32,000 nt of DNA from Methanopyrus kandleri AV19 (GCF_000007185.1 NC_003551.1:120001-152000), one strand, 5' to 3'; counted from the stretch's first letter, positions 1 to 11,600 are shown. Numbers and translations: made by a program. The notes: generated by a model from the sequence alone, not told the origin.

Positions 1-259
1 GGTCATAGTGTTCGGTGTGGTCAACGGCAAGGTGAAGATCTCCGCGCGAACGGACGATATCCGCCTGAACATAGGCGAGATAATGAAAGAAGCGTTCGGT
101 GACGTGGGTTCCGCGGGAGGTCACTCGAAGGCCGCCGCGGCCGAGATCCCGTTAGGTATCTTCCAGGACGTCGAGAGCGACATGGTGCTCGACCTCGTCG
201 AGCAGGCGGTACGTAAGCGGATCTTCAAGGTGATAGGTATCGAAGAGGAGGAGGACTGA
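1..259 (+). CDS. C-terminal fragment of a DHH-family phosphoesterase (RecJ-like/DHHA1 domain), 5' truncated by window edge
   Basis: Frame is open to the left edge (...VIVFGVVNGKVKISARTDD...). DHHA1-like glycine/histidine motif GSAGGHSKAAAAEIPLG. Stop at 257-259. Confidence 0.7.
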   Translation, partial: VIVFGVVNGKVKISARTDDIRLNIGEIMKEAFGDVGSAGGHSKAAAAEIPLGIFQDVESDMVLDLVEQAVRKRIFKVIGIEEEED

Positions 260-261
260 AC

Positions 262-2106
262 TCACTCCACGGTTACGCTCTTGGCCAGGTTCCGTGGATA
301 GTCCGGATCGATGCCTCTGGCCACGCTCATGTAGTACGCCAGCAACTGAAGCGGTACCGTGTAAACGATCGGGGAGAACACCTCGCTGATACTCGGCACT
401 CGGATGACGTGATCGGAGTGCTCCTCCACGGCCTCGTCCTTCTCATCGGCCACGGTGATCACAGTGGCACCCCGAGCTTTCACCTCCTCGATGTTCGCGA
501 GCATCTTCTCGTAGACGCCGCCTGGCTGAGCTACGGCGACCACCGGCACGCCTTCCTCGATCAACGCCAGCGGACCGTGCTTGAGCTCACCCGCCGGGTA
601 CGCCTCCGCGTGCTGGTAGGTGATCTCCTTGAGCTTCAGTGCGCCCTCCATGGCGGTCGGGTATCCCGGACCACGGCCGATGAAGAACCAGTTGGGACGT
701 TCCTTGTATCGACCACCCATCACCGCTATCTCACGCTCCCGCTCCCAGCTGAGTACCTCCTCCAACATCTCCGGAACCTTGTTCAGCTCCGCGTGGTACT
801 CCTCCGCCTCCTTGTTCGTGATCTCCCCGAAGTGGCGGGCTAGCTCCACGGCCAGTGTGTACATCGCCGCGAGCTGCGCCGTGTAGGTCTTCGTGGCGGC
901 GACGGCTTTCTCGAAGCCGGCGTGGGTGTACATGACGTGATCGACCTCGCGGGTGATCGTGCTCCCGACGACGTTGGTCAGCGCGATCGTCGTAGCTCCC
1001 CGAGCGTTCGCTTCTCGTACAGCCGCCAGCGTATCGGCGGTCTCACCCGACTGGGAGATGGCTAGAACGAGGGTATTCTCGTCGACGAGTTCCTTTGTCA
1101 CGTACCGGAACTCGGAGGCTATCACCACGTCCACGGGGAACTTCGCGAGCAACTCGGTGGCATACTTCGCGCCGAGTCCAGCGTGATACGAGGTACCGCA
1201 CGCGACGATGTACAACTTGGTGTAATCGCCGCCGACGAGCTCTTCCGCCATCTCCATGAGGTTCTCCCGTTCGATCCGTAGCGTGTTCCTGACGGCTTCG
1301 GGTTGCTCGTGGATCTCCTTGAGCATGAAGTGTGGATAACCGCGGCGTTCCAGCGTGTGCGGATCCTCTTCAACTATCTGCACTTCCTTCTCTTCCGTGA
1401 CATCCTCAAGGGTCTCCGCGTCCAGTATTCTGACCTCATCACGCTTCACCACGACGATCTCGCCGTCGTCGATAGGGATCACGCGGTTCGTCTCGGGTAG
1501 TATCGCCGGTATATCGGACGCCAAGAAGTTACCGTCGTCTCCCAACCCTACTACCAACGGGCTCTCCTTTCTAGCGGCCAGGATTACGTCGGGCTCGCGG
1601 GTACAAATGGCGGCGATGGCGTACGACCCCTCCAGCCGGCGCACGGCTTCGACGAACGCCTCGAAGAACGACTTCCCTTCCTTCATCCCCTGCTCGATGA
1701 GATGAGGTACGACCTCGGTGTCCGTCTCGGAGTCGAACCGGTGTCCCTTATCCTCCAGCTCCTCCCTAAGTTGCATGAAGTTCTCGATGATTCCGTTGTG
1801 TACGACCGCGATCTCGTCACGGCAGTCCGTGTGCGGATGCGCGTTACGGCGGTTAGGGTCTCCATGAGTCGCCCATCGGGTGTGTCCGATTCCAATCTTA
1901 CCGGGAAGCTTTCTGAGGCTACGCTGCAGCTTCGTCGGCTCGCCGCCTTCGGTAAGCTTCCCGGCATCCTTCTCGAGGTACAATCGACCCTCGTGGATCG
2001 TGGCGACTCCGGCGGAGTCGTAGCCGCGGTACTCGAGCCTAACCAACGAGTCGACTATAATGGGGGCCGCGTCACGCTCCCCTGTGTATCCCACGATCCC
2101 GCACAA
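262..2106 (-). CDS. glmS: Glutamine--fructose-6-phosphate aminotransferase (isomerizing)
   Basis: Class II glutamine amidotransferase N-terminus [24 protein letters not shown], two SIS domains ([19 protein letters not shown]), C-terminal [18 protein letters not shown] track starts at GTG 2115, but a TTG at 2106-2104 directly precedes the TGC for the catalytic Cys. Confidence 0.96.
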
Positions 2107-2120
2107 ACCGTTCACACCCT

Positions 2121-3176
2121 TTACGACGAGAGGTATTCCACAACGTCATAAAGCACGCGAACGGCATCCACGAGCTCCTCGATCGGGACGTGCTCCGAAG
2201 GGGAGTGTGCGTAGTCGATCGAACCGGGTCCGAAGACTACCACGTCCTTACCTCCTAGGTTACGGATGTAACCGGCGTCCGTGCTCGCCGGCCAGGTAAT
2301 AGGTTCGTCCGGGAGCCCGCGGGCGCTGAGAGCTTCCCGTAGCGCGCGTACCACTGGCTCGTCGCCCGAGAGTACGAACGGAGGTGCTCCTGCCCGAATC
2401 TCGGCCGAGACCCCCTCCACCTCGTGGAAGAATCGCTCGAGGTCCTCGGGAGACAGCTGAGTGTTGAGCCTGACGTCCAATACGGCCTCCAGGCACTGGG
2501 GTGTCACGTTAGTCGCCACCCCCCTGGAGTGGACGCTCGTGGGGTTGGCGGTAGGGACTCCAAGTGCGTCCTCAAGATCTTCCAGCATCTCATGGAGATC
2601 ATGCAGTATCTTGCAGAACTTCAAAATGGGGTTCTCCGGGTTGTGTGAGCCGGCGTGTTTGGGCTCTCCTTCAATACACAACCTAACTTCCACACGGGAC
2701 TTGTGCCCGATCACGGGACGTAGTTCCGTCGGTTCCCCGTTGATCACGTGGTTCGCTTGAATTTCCCCACGACGTAACACGTGACGAATGCCGGCCGAAT
2801 CGGTCTCTTCTCGGACTACCGCGATTATCTCCAATGGTCCATCCCATATCTCGGCCAGGGTAGCGTAAACGGCCAGATTGGCCTTCGCATCGCAAGCTCC
2901 TCGGCCGTACAGCTTACCGTCGACGATGCGGGGTTCGAAGGGTTTCTCCATCTCGTCGGGTGGGACGGTATCGAGATGTGACGTTAGACATACCTCTGGC
3001 TCTCCACGTCGTCCGATCACGTTCCCCAGACGGTCGATTTCCACCTCTAGGCCGGCACGCTCCAGGTCCGAAGCGTATCGCTCCGAAAGCTCTTCCTCCT
3101 CGCCGCTGACGCTGGGGATAGAGATGTAGTCGCACAGGAGCTTTACCACGCGCTCCCTGACATCCAACCTGATCAC
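2121..3176 (-). CDS. M20-family metallopeptidase (acetylornithine deacetylase / succinyl-diaminopimelate desuccinylase-like)
   Basis: Motifs [38 protein letters not shown] and C-terminal [16 protein letters not shown]. Confidence 0.88.
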   Translation of the reverse strand: MIRLDVRERVVKLLCDYISIPSVSGEEEELSERYASDLERAGLEVEIDRLGNVIGRRGEPEVCLTSHLDTVPPDEMEKPFEPRIVDGKLYGRGACDAKANLAVYATLAEIWDGPLEIIAVVREETDSAGIRHVLRRGEIQANHVINGEPTELRPVIGHKSRVEVRLCIEGEPKHAGSHNPENPILKFCKILHDLHEMLEDLEDALGVPTANPTSVHSRGVATNVTPQCLEAVLDVRLNTQLSPEDLERFFHEVEGVSAEIRAGAPPFVLSGDEPVVRALREALSARGLPDEPITWPASTDAGYIRNLGGKDVVVFGPGSIDYAHSPSEHVPIEELVDAVRVLYDVVEYLSS

Positions 3177-5116
3177 TCTCCCGAAATCTCTCGAATTCGC
3201 TCACGGACGAGCTCGCTTACTCGTTTACCGTCCGCCCGCCCCCGTAGGACCTCCATCACCTCACCCATGATCTTGCCCATGACTGCCATACCTCGCTCCC
3301 GAATCTTATCCTCGTACCTACGAATCGCCTCTTCGACCACCTCCTCGATCTCTTCCTCGGACGCCATCACGATGCCGAGCTCTTCCGCAAGCTCCTCGGG
3401 ATCGGAGTCCGGATCGGCCGCCAGGGCACCCAGCAGCTCCTCGATCCCAGACTTAGCTATGGCACCCTCGGCGTAAAGCCTCAGCACTTCCTTAACGTGG
3501 TCTATGGTGAGGTTATCCACGGGGTACCCGTCTTTTTCAAGCCGCGGGATCGTGTTCACCAGCGTGGCCGCCGCTACCTTGGGTTCCACCCCGGTCTCCT
3601 CCACAATCTCCTCGAACTCGTCCACGACTCCATGCTCGAACATCTGCTCCACTAACTCCTCCCCGAGACCGTACTCCTCGGCGAGCCTCTCCTTACGCTC
3701 CCAAGGTTTCTCCGGAAGCTCTTCCGCCAGCTCCTTTACCCTGTCCTCGTCGATCACCACGGGCGGGATGTCCGTCTCAGGGTACATTCGAGCGGCTCCC
3801 GGGCGGGGCCGCATGTACTCCGTCGTCCCGTCCTTCCGAGCGCGGCGGGTCTCGGCAGGGACGCCTTTCAGCGCCATGATGGCACGATCTTTCACCGCTT
3901 CCATGGCGGACTTAACGCGATCCTCCGGGCCCGCTATCAAGACGAACCCGTCACCGTCTTCCGCTCCGAGGCGCTGCCTGACGGCCTCAACTTCCTCCTC
4001 CGAGATACCGTACTTGGGGAGCTCATCGGAGTGGAACAGCCCCGAAACCCCTCGTCTCCTCGCGTAGTCGGCGAGTTCGGTACCGAACCTTCGACCCGGA
4101 CACAGCTCCCAGCCTAAGATCCCCTCGAACCCGGGCAGAAGCAGAGCGTACACTACACCACCGCGCTCGAGCTCCCGACGGATGACCTCGCTGTCCGTGT
4201 CCTCGAACACGTCCGTGACATCCATGGGCTCACAGTCGATCAGGTCCGTCTCACTGACACCGCGTTCACGAAGCTCGTCCCGGATCCTGAGGAGATTCGC
4301 CTGTCTCAACGCCTCGTACTTGACCACCTTGGGAATCAGGTTCAGGTCCTGAACACCCTTGATCTCCTGCACGGCACCGCCCTCTATCGAGACGTTCACG
4401 TCCTGCCTTACCGTACCGATTCCCGACTTCACACCGCCGACGGCTTTGATCGCCTCACCGATCCTCTCAGCGGCCTCACGGGCCTGTTCCGGTGTTCTGA
4501 TGTCCGGCTCCGTAGAGACCTCGATAAGCGGTATCCCGAGCCTGTCTAGGCAGTAATCAACCTCGAGATCCTGATCACGTCCCTTCACCTTGCGGGCGGC
4601 GTCTTCCTCCAGACACACCGTGCTGATACGGACGGGGCCTTCGGACGTCGGAACCTCACCACCGAACCCGACGAGCATTGTACGCTGGAAGCCGGTGGTG
4701 TTCGAACCGTCGATCACCATCTTTCGCATCACGTGCACCTCGTCGACGACGGACCCACCCAGAAGGAGGGTGACCTTAATCGCGACGTCAAGGGCTTCAG
4801 AACAAGGCTCGTGCGGGGGCTCTTCGTCCAGTTCGACTAGGCACGAGAAGGACCCGTCCGCCAGGTAGTAGAACGTTCGGTCGCGCTTGAACTCCTCCAA
4901 GGCCGCCGGATCGAACTCGCCCATCTCGCTCTGGACCGGGCGGAGCTTACGTCTGACCTTGGGCTCCTTCGGTACCTCTTCCACCAGCTCTGGAGTACAG
5001 CGACAGAACAGCTTTCTGGAAGTATCGAGCTGCCGGTGGATCTCAAGTCCCACCCGGAGGCCGATCTCTTCCCAGTCTAAGTCCTCTTCTCGCACAGGCT
5101 CGGGCAGGGGGGTCAC
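3173..5116 (-). CDS. gatE: Glutamyl-tRNA(Gln) amidotransferase subunit E
   Basis: GatB/E core: GLRVGLEIHRQLDTSRKLFCRC, YYLADGSFSCLVELDEEPP, MVIDGSNTTGFQRTMLVG, DLEVDYCLDRLGIPLIEVSTEPDI, plus archaeal insertion and C-terminal tail domain. 4-nt overlap with the downstream M20 gene. Confidence 0.95.
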   Translation of the reverse strand: MTPLPEPVREEDLDWEEIGLRVGLEIHRQLDTSRKLFCRCTPELVEEVPKEPKVRRKLRPVQSEMGEFDPAALEEFKRDRTFYYLADGSFSCLVELDEEPPHEPCSEALDVAIKVTLLLGGSVVDEVHVMRKMVIDGSNTTGFQRTMLVGFGGEVPTSEGPVRISTVCLEEDAARKVKGRDQDLEVDYCLDRLGIPLIEVSTEPDIRTPEQAREAAERIGEAIKAVGGVKSGIGTVRQDVNVSIEGGAVQEIKGVQDLNLIPKVVKYEALRQANLLRIRDELRERGVSETDLIDCEPMDVTDVFEDTDSEVIRRELERGGVVYALLLPGFEGILGWELCPGRRFGTELADYARRRGVSGLFHSDELPKYGISEEEVEAVRQRLGAEDGDGFVLIAGPEDRVKSAMEAVKDRAIMALKGVPAETRRARKDGTTEYMRPRPGAARMYPETDIPPVVIDEDRVKELAEELPEKPWERKERLAEEYGLGEELVEQMFEHGVVDEFEEIVEETGVEPKVAAATLVNTIPRLEKDGYPVDNLTIDHVKEVLRLYAEGAIAKSGIEELLGALAADPDSDPEELAEELGIVMASEEEIEEVVEEAIRRYEDKIRERGMAVMGKIMGEVMEVLRGRADGKRVSELVRERIREISGE

Positions 5117-5126
5117 CCCCTCGCGG

Positions 5127-5582
5127 TACCGGTTCGCTTATCGGACGCCCTACGGACGCGGGTACGTAGTCCACGACGGCGAGGCCGTGCTGGAGGTTAC
5201 CTTACCGGGAGAGGGCACGCCACCGGCGGAGGGATTCCGCACGCTCCACTCCCTTAAACGTGACCTGGAGCGGTACTTCCGAGGCTACCCCGTAGACTTC
5301 GATGACGTCCCGGTGAGGATAAACGTTTCCGGAAAACCCCGGGAAGTGCTCGAGCTCGTCCGTGAGATCCCGTACGGGACGGTGGTCACCTACGGGGATA
5401 TCGCCCAAAAGGCCAACACCCATCCCCGGGTGGTAGGAGTCTCCCTCGCCCGAAACAGGGTCCCGATAATCGTGGCATGTCACCGCGTCGTAGCCGCCGA
5501 CGGGCTCGGTGGGTTCAGGTGGGGGTTGGAATGGAAGAGGAGGCTGTTAGAGCTGGAGGGAGCGTTACCATCGAGGAGGTAG
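5127..5582 (+). CDS. ogt: Methylated-DNA--protein-cysteine methyltransferase (start codon uncertain; ORF open from 4887, in-frame GTG at 5187)
   Basis: VREIPYGTVVTYGDIAQKANTHPRVVGVSLARNRVPIIVACHRVVAADGLGGFRWGLEWKRRLLELEG contains the PxxxCHRV active site. N-terminal RYRFAYRTPYGRGYVVHDG looks like the usual N-terminal strand region. Confidence 0.85.
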   Translation, partial: YRFAYRTPYGRGYVVHDGEAVLEVTLPGEGTPPAEGFRTLHSLKRDLERYFRGYPVDFDDVPVRINVSGKPREVLELVREIPYGTVVTYGDIAQKANTHPRVVGVSLARNRVPIIVACHRVVAADGLGGFRWGLEWKRRLLELEGALPSRR

Positions 5583-6139
5583 GCCAGTGGATAGTGATCG
5601 TCGACCGTGAGGAGCTCGAGTACGACGGCTCGCAGCTCCGCAGGGCGTTCGCTCACGAGCGGTACGGAATTAAAGGGCGGGCCGTAGTGGTGTTTCGAGG
5701 CCCGATGGACGTGAGGACGGAATACACCGCTGATGCTGAGGACGTCGGCTCGCCTATCCGGGGCAACGACGTGCTGCATTTGCTCGTGGACGACCCTACC
5801 CGGGCCGATCCGCTGGTAGCAGGACTGCTTCAAAGGTTGCTGGTAGTCGTAACGAAGGAAGTCATCGAGAAGGAACTATCGACGGATCTGGACCGCGACG
5901 GTGACGATCTCCTACACGACGGTAGAAAGCTCACCGTGTCGGTTTTCAAGCCGGCGGGCCCCGGTTCGCTCGCGCACCTCGGGATCAACGTGACGACCGA
6001 AGGTGTTCCCGTCCCCGCCTCCTCCCTACGCGACCTCGGTTACCGTGGAGATCCACTCGACCTGGGTCGACGCGTTGCCGTCGAATTCGTCCGCGAGATC
6101 ACGGATGTGGAGTTGGACCTCACCAAGATCAGGTGGTGA
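5531..6139 (+). CDS. DUF366-family protein of unknown function (probable ATG start at 5531; ORF track starts 5477)
   Basis: EYDGSQLRRAFAHERYGIKGRAVVVFRGPMDV and VFKPAGPGSLAHLGINVTTEGVPVPASSLRDLG, as remembered for the archaeal DUF366 family. Overlaps the end of ogt. Confidence 0.6.
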   Translation: MEEEAVRAGGSVTIEEVGQWIVIVDREELEYDGSQLRRAFAHERYGIKGRAVVVFRGPMDVRTEYTADAEDVGSPIRGNDVLHLLVDDPTRADPLVAGLLQRLLVVVTKEVIEKELSTDLDRDGDDLLHDGRKLTVSVFKPAGPGSLAHLGINVTTEGVPVPASSLRDLGYRGDPLDLGRRVAVEFVREITDVELDLTKIRW

Positions 6140-7611
6140 GGGACTTGAACGAAGCCGTCGTGATTCGCATCGAGACCCCCGAGCGATCGGAGCGCGTGAA
6201 AGTACCGTATCGTGAGGGGATGACGCTACTCGACGCGCTACGATGGATCAAGGAGCACGAGATACCGGACCTCGAGTTCGAGTTCTCGTGCCGGAACGCT
6301 CAATGTGGCACCTGCGCCGTGCTAGTGAACGGGAAAGCTCGACTCGCCTGCGAGTACCGGTTGGAACCCGGCCAGGAAGTGACCGTGGGGCCGTTGAGAC
6401 ACCTGCCCGTGGTTAAGGACCTGGCGGTCGATTGGTCGGCGGTCACGTCGAGGCTCCGGCCTCTTTCCCCTAAATCCCACCGAGAGTGGTTCCGTCGGAT
6501 GGAACCCGAGAAGCAGCGGAAATTGTACGAGCTCAGATCTTGCATCGAGTGCCTCTGCTGTGTCGCCGAGTGCCCCGTGATCAAGGCGGGATCGGCGCGG
6601 AACCCGGGTCCGATCGTGCTACGGAAGGTAGCGGAGGAGGCCGAAAAATGGGACGAGTCCCCCGAAATAGACGACTCCGTGTACGCCTGCACCACGTGCC
6701 ATACCTGCGCCGAGGTGTGTCCTAAGGACATAGAGATCCCGGCGAAGGCCGTCGAGACGGTACGGGCGAGACTCTACGAGGAAGGTAAAGGCCCACTACC
6801 CGAGCACAAAGAGCTAGGAGAGAGGGCCGTACGCACGGGCAGGTCCGTCGAGAAGAGGGACAGGTCGTTCTTAGAGGAGTACTCCGGCGAGTACGGGGAA
6901 GGAGACGTCAAGGCCATGTTTTTCACGGGATGTCTCGTGGACTACCGACTACCCGATACCGGGAAGGCCCTAGTCAGGCTGGCCGAGGAGTTAGGGATCA
7001 GACTGATCGTCCCTCGGGAGCAGGTCTGCTGCGGCTCACCGCTCCTGAGGACCGGGCAGCACGACCGCGCCGAGCGTCTAGCTTTCGAGAACCTGGAGAC
7101 GTTCCGACGGGTCGACCCCGACGTTATCGTCACCGTCTGCGCCGGTTGTGGGGCCACGCTGAAGAACAATTACCCTGAGCTCCTCGGTGATAGGTTCGAG
7201 TGGGATGTACTCGACGTCACGGAGTTACTCGTAGAGATAAGGGCACACGAGCGGGGGTTCCGGCTCCCGGAGCGTACAACGGTTACGTACCACGACCCGT
7301 GTCACCTGAAGCGGGGGCAAGGCGTCGAGGACGAGCCCAGGAAGCTCATCCGGTCGATCGAGAACGTCGAGTTCGTCGAGATGGAGGAACCGGACCGGTG
7401 TTGCGGGGCCGGTGGGGGCGTTCGATCCGGTCTACCGGAGCTCGCGGAGCTGATGTCCGACGTGAAGGCTCACATGGTACGCGAGACCGGAGCCGAAGTG
7501 CTGACCACGGTCTGCCCGTTCTGCGAATACAACCTCAGGGAAGGACTGGAGCGCAACGACGTCGAGGCACGAGTGGAGAACTTAACGGTGCTACTCTCCA
7601 GGGGTCTTTAA
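6133..7611 (+). CDS. tfrB: Fumarate reductase (CoM/CoB)-like subunit B: 2Fe-2S plus 4Fe-4S plus CCG (HdrB-like) domains
   Basis: 2Fe-2S ligands CRNAQCGTCAVLVNGKARLAC; CIECLCCVAECPV and CTTCHTCAEVCPKD 4Fe-4S motifs; two CCG-type motifs (GSPLLRTGQHDRAE preceded by CCG; CCGAGGGVRS). Confidence 0.82.
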   Translation: MVRDLNEAVVIRIETPERSERVKVPYREGMTLLDALRWIKEHEIPDLEFEFSCRNAQCGTCAVLVNGKARLACEYRLEPGQEVTVGPLRHLPVVKDLAVDWSAVTSRLRPLSPKSHREWFRRMEPEKQRKLYELRSCIECLCCVAECPVIKAGSARNPGPIVLRKVAEEAEKWDESPEIDDSVYACTTCHTCAEVCPKDIEIPAKAVETVRARLYEEGKGPLPEHKELGERAVRTGRSVEKRDRSFLEEYSGEYGEGDVKAMFFTGCLVDYRLPDTGKALVRLAEELGIRLIVPREQVCCGSPLLRTGQHDRAERLAFENLETFRRVDPDVIVTVCAGCGATLKNNYPELLGDRFEWDVLDVTELLVEIRAHERGFRLPERTTVTYHDPCHLKRGQGVEDEPRKLIRSIENVEFVEMEEPDRCCGAGGGVRSGLPELAELMSDVKAHMVRETGAEVLTTVCPFCEYNLREGLERNDVEARVENLTVLLSRGL

Positions 7612-8607
7612 CCCCCAAGCCTTCGGGTACGTGCCCGGCTCCATCAGGACCCTCTTGGTGTCCACCATAATACCCCGATCCGCGTGTAGCATCTCCTTCC
7701 AAGTGGCCTTGGCCACTCCCAGCGCTACCGCCTCCCCTTTCAGCGTGAAGATGGCGACTAGATCGCCGGGCTGGATCCCCTTCTCCACCCTAACGATTCC
7801 CGGCGCAGCCAGGTTGGCTCCGTGGCAGATGGCGTCGACGGCCGTATCCCTGATCTCTATTCTCGGTAGGTGCTCGAGACCTTCCTCCATCGGTCGTACA
7901 ACGTGTCGTAAGGGCTCTTCCCATCCCTCCTCCTTCCAGAACTCGTACGCGTCCTTGACGTCGTGGAGCGTGACCGCGTTCTCCTCCGAGAACGGCCCTG
8001 TCCTCGTCCTCCGGAGCTCCGCCATGTGCGCACCGACACCCAAGGCCTCACCGATGTCGTGACACAGCTTCCGAATGTAGGTACCAGCCTGACACCCGAC
8101 CCTCATCAGCACGTCGCGACCGTCGATCTCGAGAATATCGATGTAGTAGATCTTCTTAGGACGTACCCTCCTCTTGACTGCCGAGCGTAACGGTGGCCGC
8201 TGAAGTATCGTCCCCTCGAACTCCTTCACAACGCGCTCGAGCTCCTCCTCGTCCACATCGCCGTGGAGATGCATAATCGTCACGTACTCCTTACCCGCCG
8301 GTAGCAGCGTCTGGATTATCTTCGTGGCTTTCTCGAGGGCGATCGGAAGGACTCCCGTGACCTTAGGGTCCAGGGTACCACCGTGACCCGCCTTGGACAG
8401 CCCGAAGATCTCCTTCACCCAAGCCACAACCTCGTGCGATGTGGGTCCGGCCGGCTTGTCCAGGTTGATGACACCCTTCATGATGTATTCCTCGATAGGG
8501 CGCTCCTCGGGAGGACAACCGTACCGTGGGTCCGTCTCCACCTCGGCCTTCGTGATCATCTCCCGATCCCGGTCGAACGGCAGCCGCCGGTCCTTGTCGC
8601 CGCTCAT
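7591..8607 (-). CDS. cbf5/truB: Archaeal H/ACA RNP tRNA/rRNA pseudouridine synthase Cbf5 (TruB family) with PUA domain (probable ATG at 8607; ORF track starts 8622)
   Basis: INLDKPAGPTSHEVVAWVK, GHGGTLDPKVTGVLPIALEKATK (catalytic Asp motif), CQAGTYIRKLCHDIGEALG, C-terminal PUA region GIVRVEKGIQPGDLVAIFTLKGEAVALG. Confidence 0.95.
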   Translation of the reverse strand: MSGDKDRRLPFDRDREMITKAEVETDPRYGCPPEERPIEEYIMKGVINLDKPAGPTSHEVVAWVKEIFGLSKAGHGGTLDPKVTGVLPIALEKATKIIQTLLPAGKEYVTIMHLHGDVDEEELERVVKEFEGTILQRPPLRSAVKRRVRPKKIYYIDILEIDGRDVLMRVGCQAGTYIRKLCHDIGEALGVGAHMAELRRTRTGPFSEENAVTLHDVKDAYEFWKEEGWEEPLRHVVRPMEEGLEHLPRIEIRDTAVDAICHGANLAAPGIVRVEKGIQPGDLVAIFTLKGEAVALGVAKATWKEMLHADRGIMVDTKRVLMEPGTYPKAWGLKTPGE

Positions 8608-8664
8608 GCGTGGCCCCCTCAACGTTCGTCGACGCCTCTGGTGGCGCTCTCGATAATAACCTCT

Positions 8665-11600
8665 TCACCAGCCCCGTGAAGTTCCGATCCTCGGTCTCCA
8701 CAGCGTGCCGACTAGGATGACCGCCGCCAGCAGCGCGACGATGAGGGCTACGAGTATCCAGCGAGGGACCGAGGTGGTGACGGGGGACTGCGCCGAGGTC
8801 CGACGAAGTATCGAGGCCCTCGCCGATCTCTCCTGCGAAGGCTTACCCTTACCCGCCGAGCTTCCGACACTCACTTCGACGGTAGCGGCCGACTTCGCGC
8901 CGACAGTTCCCCGGAGCAGGACGCCCGTAACCGATACCGGGACGGCACCCCGACCGGGACCGCTGAGCGCAGCCTGACTGGCCAGAATCGCCGCGATCGT
9001 GGCCGAAATCGCGACCGCTTGACTCGCGGTAGCTCGCACCGCCAAAGTTCTGACAGTCCTGGCGGCCATCGGGGCGGTTTCTCTCGTGAACGCGGGAGAC
9101 GTGAGCTGCCGGAGGATCCGGGCGACGAGCTCCGGATTGTTCATGTAGTTGGCGGCGAAGACCGCCATGGCCTCGCGGAGGTTGGGAACCAGTCCCTCGT
9201 ACTGGGAGAGCGCCTCCAAGAGGCGCTGCTGCACTACCGGATTCCCGCAGACTCCCGGACAGCAGCATAGGACGCCCCGGAGGAGCTCGGGCACGATCAC
9301 GTCCCGGACGAGGGCTACGAACTCCCGGCTCTTGAGGACTTCCTCGCTGATCAGCTTGTGCTGCGCCCGGTCGTACGCGATCACGAGCAGAGACACCGCC
9401 AGCGAGAACAGACCCTCCGGGGAGTATCGCGCCAGCCACTCCCGGTTCTCCACGAGCGTACTCGCCGTCCGACGGAAAATCCCCTCCCAGCCGAGGAGTC
9501 CCAATGCGAGCGTGGACCAGCCGCGGATGAGGTAACCAAGGCGTTTCAGGAGTTCCACAGCACCCGAGTACCCGTGGAACCGGAGCCCGCGGACGTAAAC
9601 CGGGTTGAAGACCGTACGCATCAGATCGTACCATGCGTAGGTGTCGAAGGGCATGAGTAGGGAGTACCGGAAGGCGGCCGTCTCATTCCCGGTGAGTGCG
9701 GCGAGCGTACGGGTGGTCACGGTGGAGAACAGCGAGGTCATGTTCGAAGCCAGGAGCGCCGCCAGGTAGCTGCCCGCACTGAGCTGAGAGGCGAGATCAC
9801 GCAACCAGGGGGCTAGGTTCGGGTTCGCCGCGGCCATCAGTTGGATCTCCTCCGCGAGCCTGCGCGCCATCTGCGAGTAATCACCGCCTACGTAAGAGCC
9901 GAGGGCCGCGTTCCTGAGGTTCAGGACCAACGCGTCGATCATCGTCTCCTGCTCGGGTAGCAGCCCGTTGACCGCGCTCACGGCCAGCCTCAGACCACCC
10001 TCGAACGCGTAGATACAGTCGTCATAGAAGAACGTGGCCTTCTCGTCGGACGAAACCATCGTGTGAAGCGTGCGGTCGGGCGCCGCGAGGTTCAGTGCGA
10101 GGAGGAGCGGGAAGCTGGCTCCCCAGTGCTTCGGCCCGTAGACGTAGCTGAGACCGGATATCCAGCTCAGCGCCAGGTTCAACCGATCCTCCAGCAGGAA
10201 CTCTCCGGACTCGATCGTCTTGCCGATCACGTTCGTGTAGTCACCGGGCGCCTGACAGAACACGTTGAGGGCAGCCAGTAACGGGAGATCCTCGTCCGGA
10301 ACCTCCCGGACCTGCTCGATCCAGCCCGTAATGATCCCACCGTTCGGAGAACCTCCAGAACCGGCATCCGGCGCGGAGGTTATGTTCGACTCCCGACAGG
10401 TCAACAGCGCCAGGTAGACGGCGGCCCAGTCCAGGAACGGATAGTTCTCAGCCGGTGGCACGAGAACGGCGAGGGAGGCCGCGGTGTTGACGACGGATTC
10501 GAAGTCGTATCCGTGTTCTGCGCAGAACTCCCCCACCAGGTCGTAGAGCCGCCTCAGCCCCTCCTCGAGCTCGCGAGCCAGCTCCTCGTCCGGGGTCGTG
10601 AGCGCCCGCCACAGCGCCGCCCGGTACACGTGCAGCACGGTCTCGTGGATCGGATTCTTCCACTCACCCTGGGATAGCCGCTCCACGGTCTCGCGCAGCC
10701 ACCGGCGAACCCAGTACACCGGGTATTCATCGATCCCGCGGATCTCTAGGACTTTGTCCACGTCGCTGACGATCAGGGAGCTGTGACTCAATAGTCGGGC
10801 CAGGTAGGGTTCGGCGGCCAGAATCGCCGCCACTCGGCCCAAGAACAGTTCCGTCAGGATGTTGTGCGCGAACACGTCTCGGAAGCACGAGGTACCTGTG
10901 ACGATCACGTCGGTGAGTCGACGTGGGACCTCCCGAAGCACCAGGCTGGCCGAGATCACCGGCTCGTCTCCCACGAGCGTTACCGTGCCGATCACGGTGA
11001 CTGTCTCTCCCTCCTCCGGCACGCGTCCCTCGTCTATCCGCACCCGGACTTCCGTACACCCGTCCGTTAGGACGATGTACCGCCCTTCCACACGTTCGAC
11101 TCTACCGCGGATCGGAAGCCTGCCGAACGCCCGTCCGACGGCCGAGAGTTGCGTGGGCGTGAGTACTTCGTCCTCGATCCTCTTCGCCTCTTCCTCAGAG
11201 AGGACCCTGGCATTAACGACCTCCACGCGACCGCCCGTGGACACCAGCGTGCCCAGTACCATGACTTCATCGTCCAAGTGGAGCGGTATCGGCAGCACGT
11301 TGACCGGACACCGCACCTCGATGCGTTGACCGCCCATCGGAGGCTCGAGCACCAGGCGAACGGCACCCGATCCGAGCGACTCCATCCGGACGATGCGGCC
11401 CACGACTAGAATCTGGCCGAGGCGTCGGGTGTAGGATACGCCGCTGGGGTTCATACAGAGGGATGGATCGACGCCCGTCACGACCCAGTCCGCGTTACGG
11501 TGCGGGAGCACACCCAACAGGAGCATCTGGACCGCGATCGGTAGCCCCCTGGTGTTGATGTTGTCCGTCGCCCAGTCGAAGGCCACCACCTTCCTAGTGA

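Noticed and set aside
8849-9634. 261-aa minus-strand ORF inside the CobN-like gene in another frame
   Set aside because: Arg/Gly/Pro-rich shadow ORF typical of high-GC DNA, fully inside a well-supported coding region.
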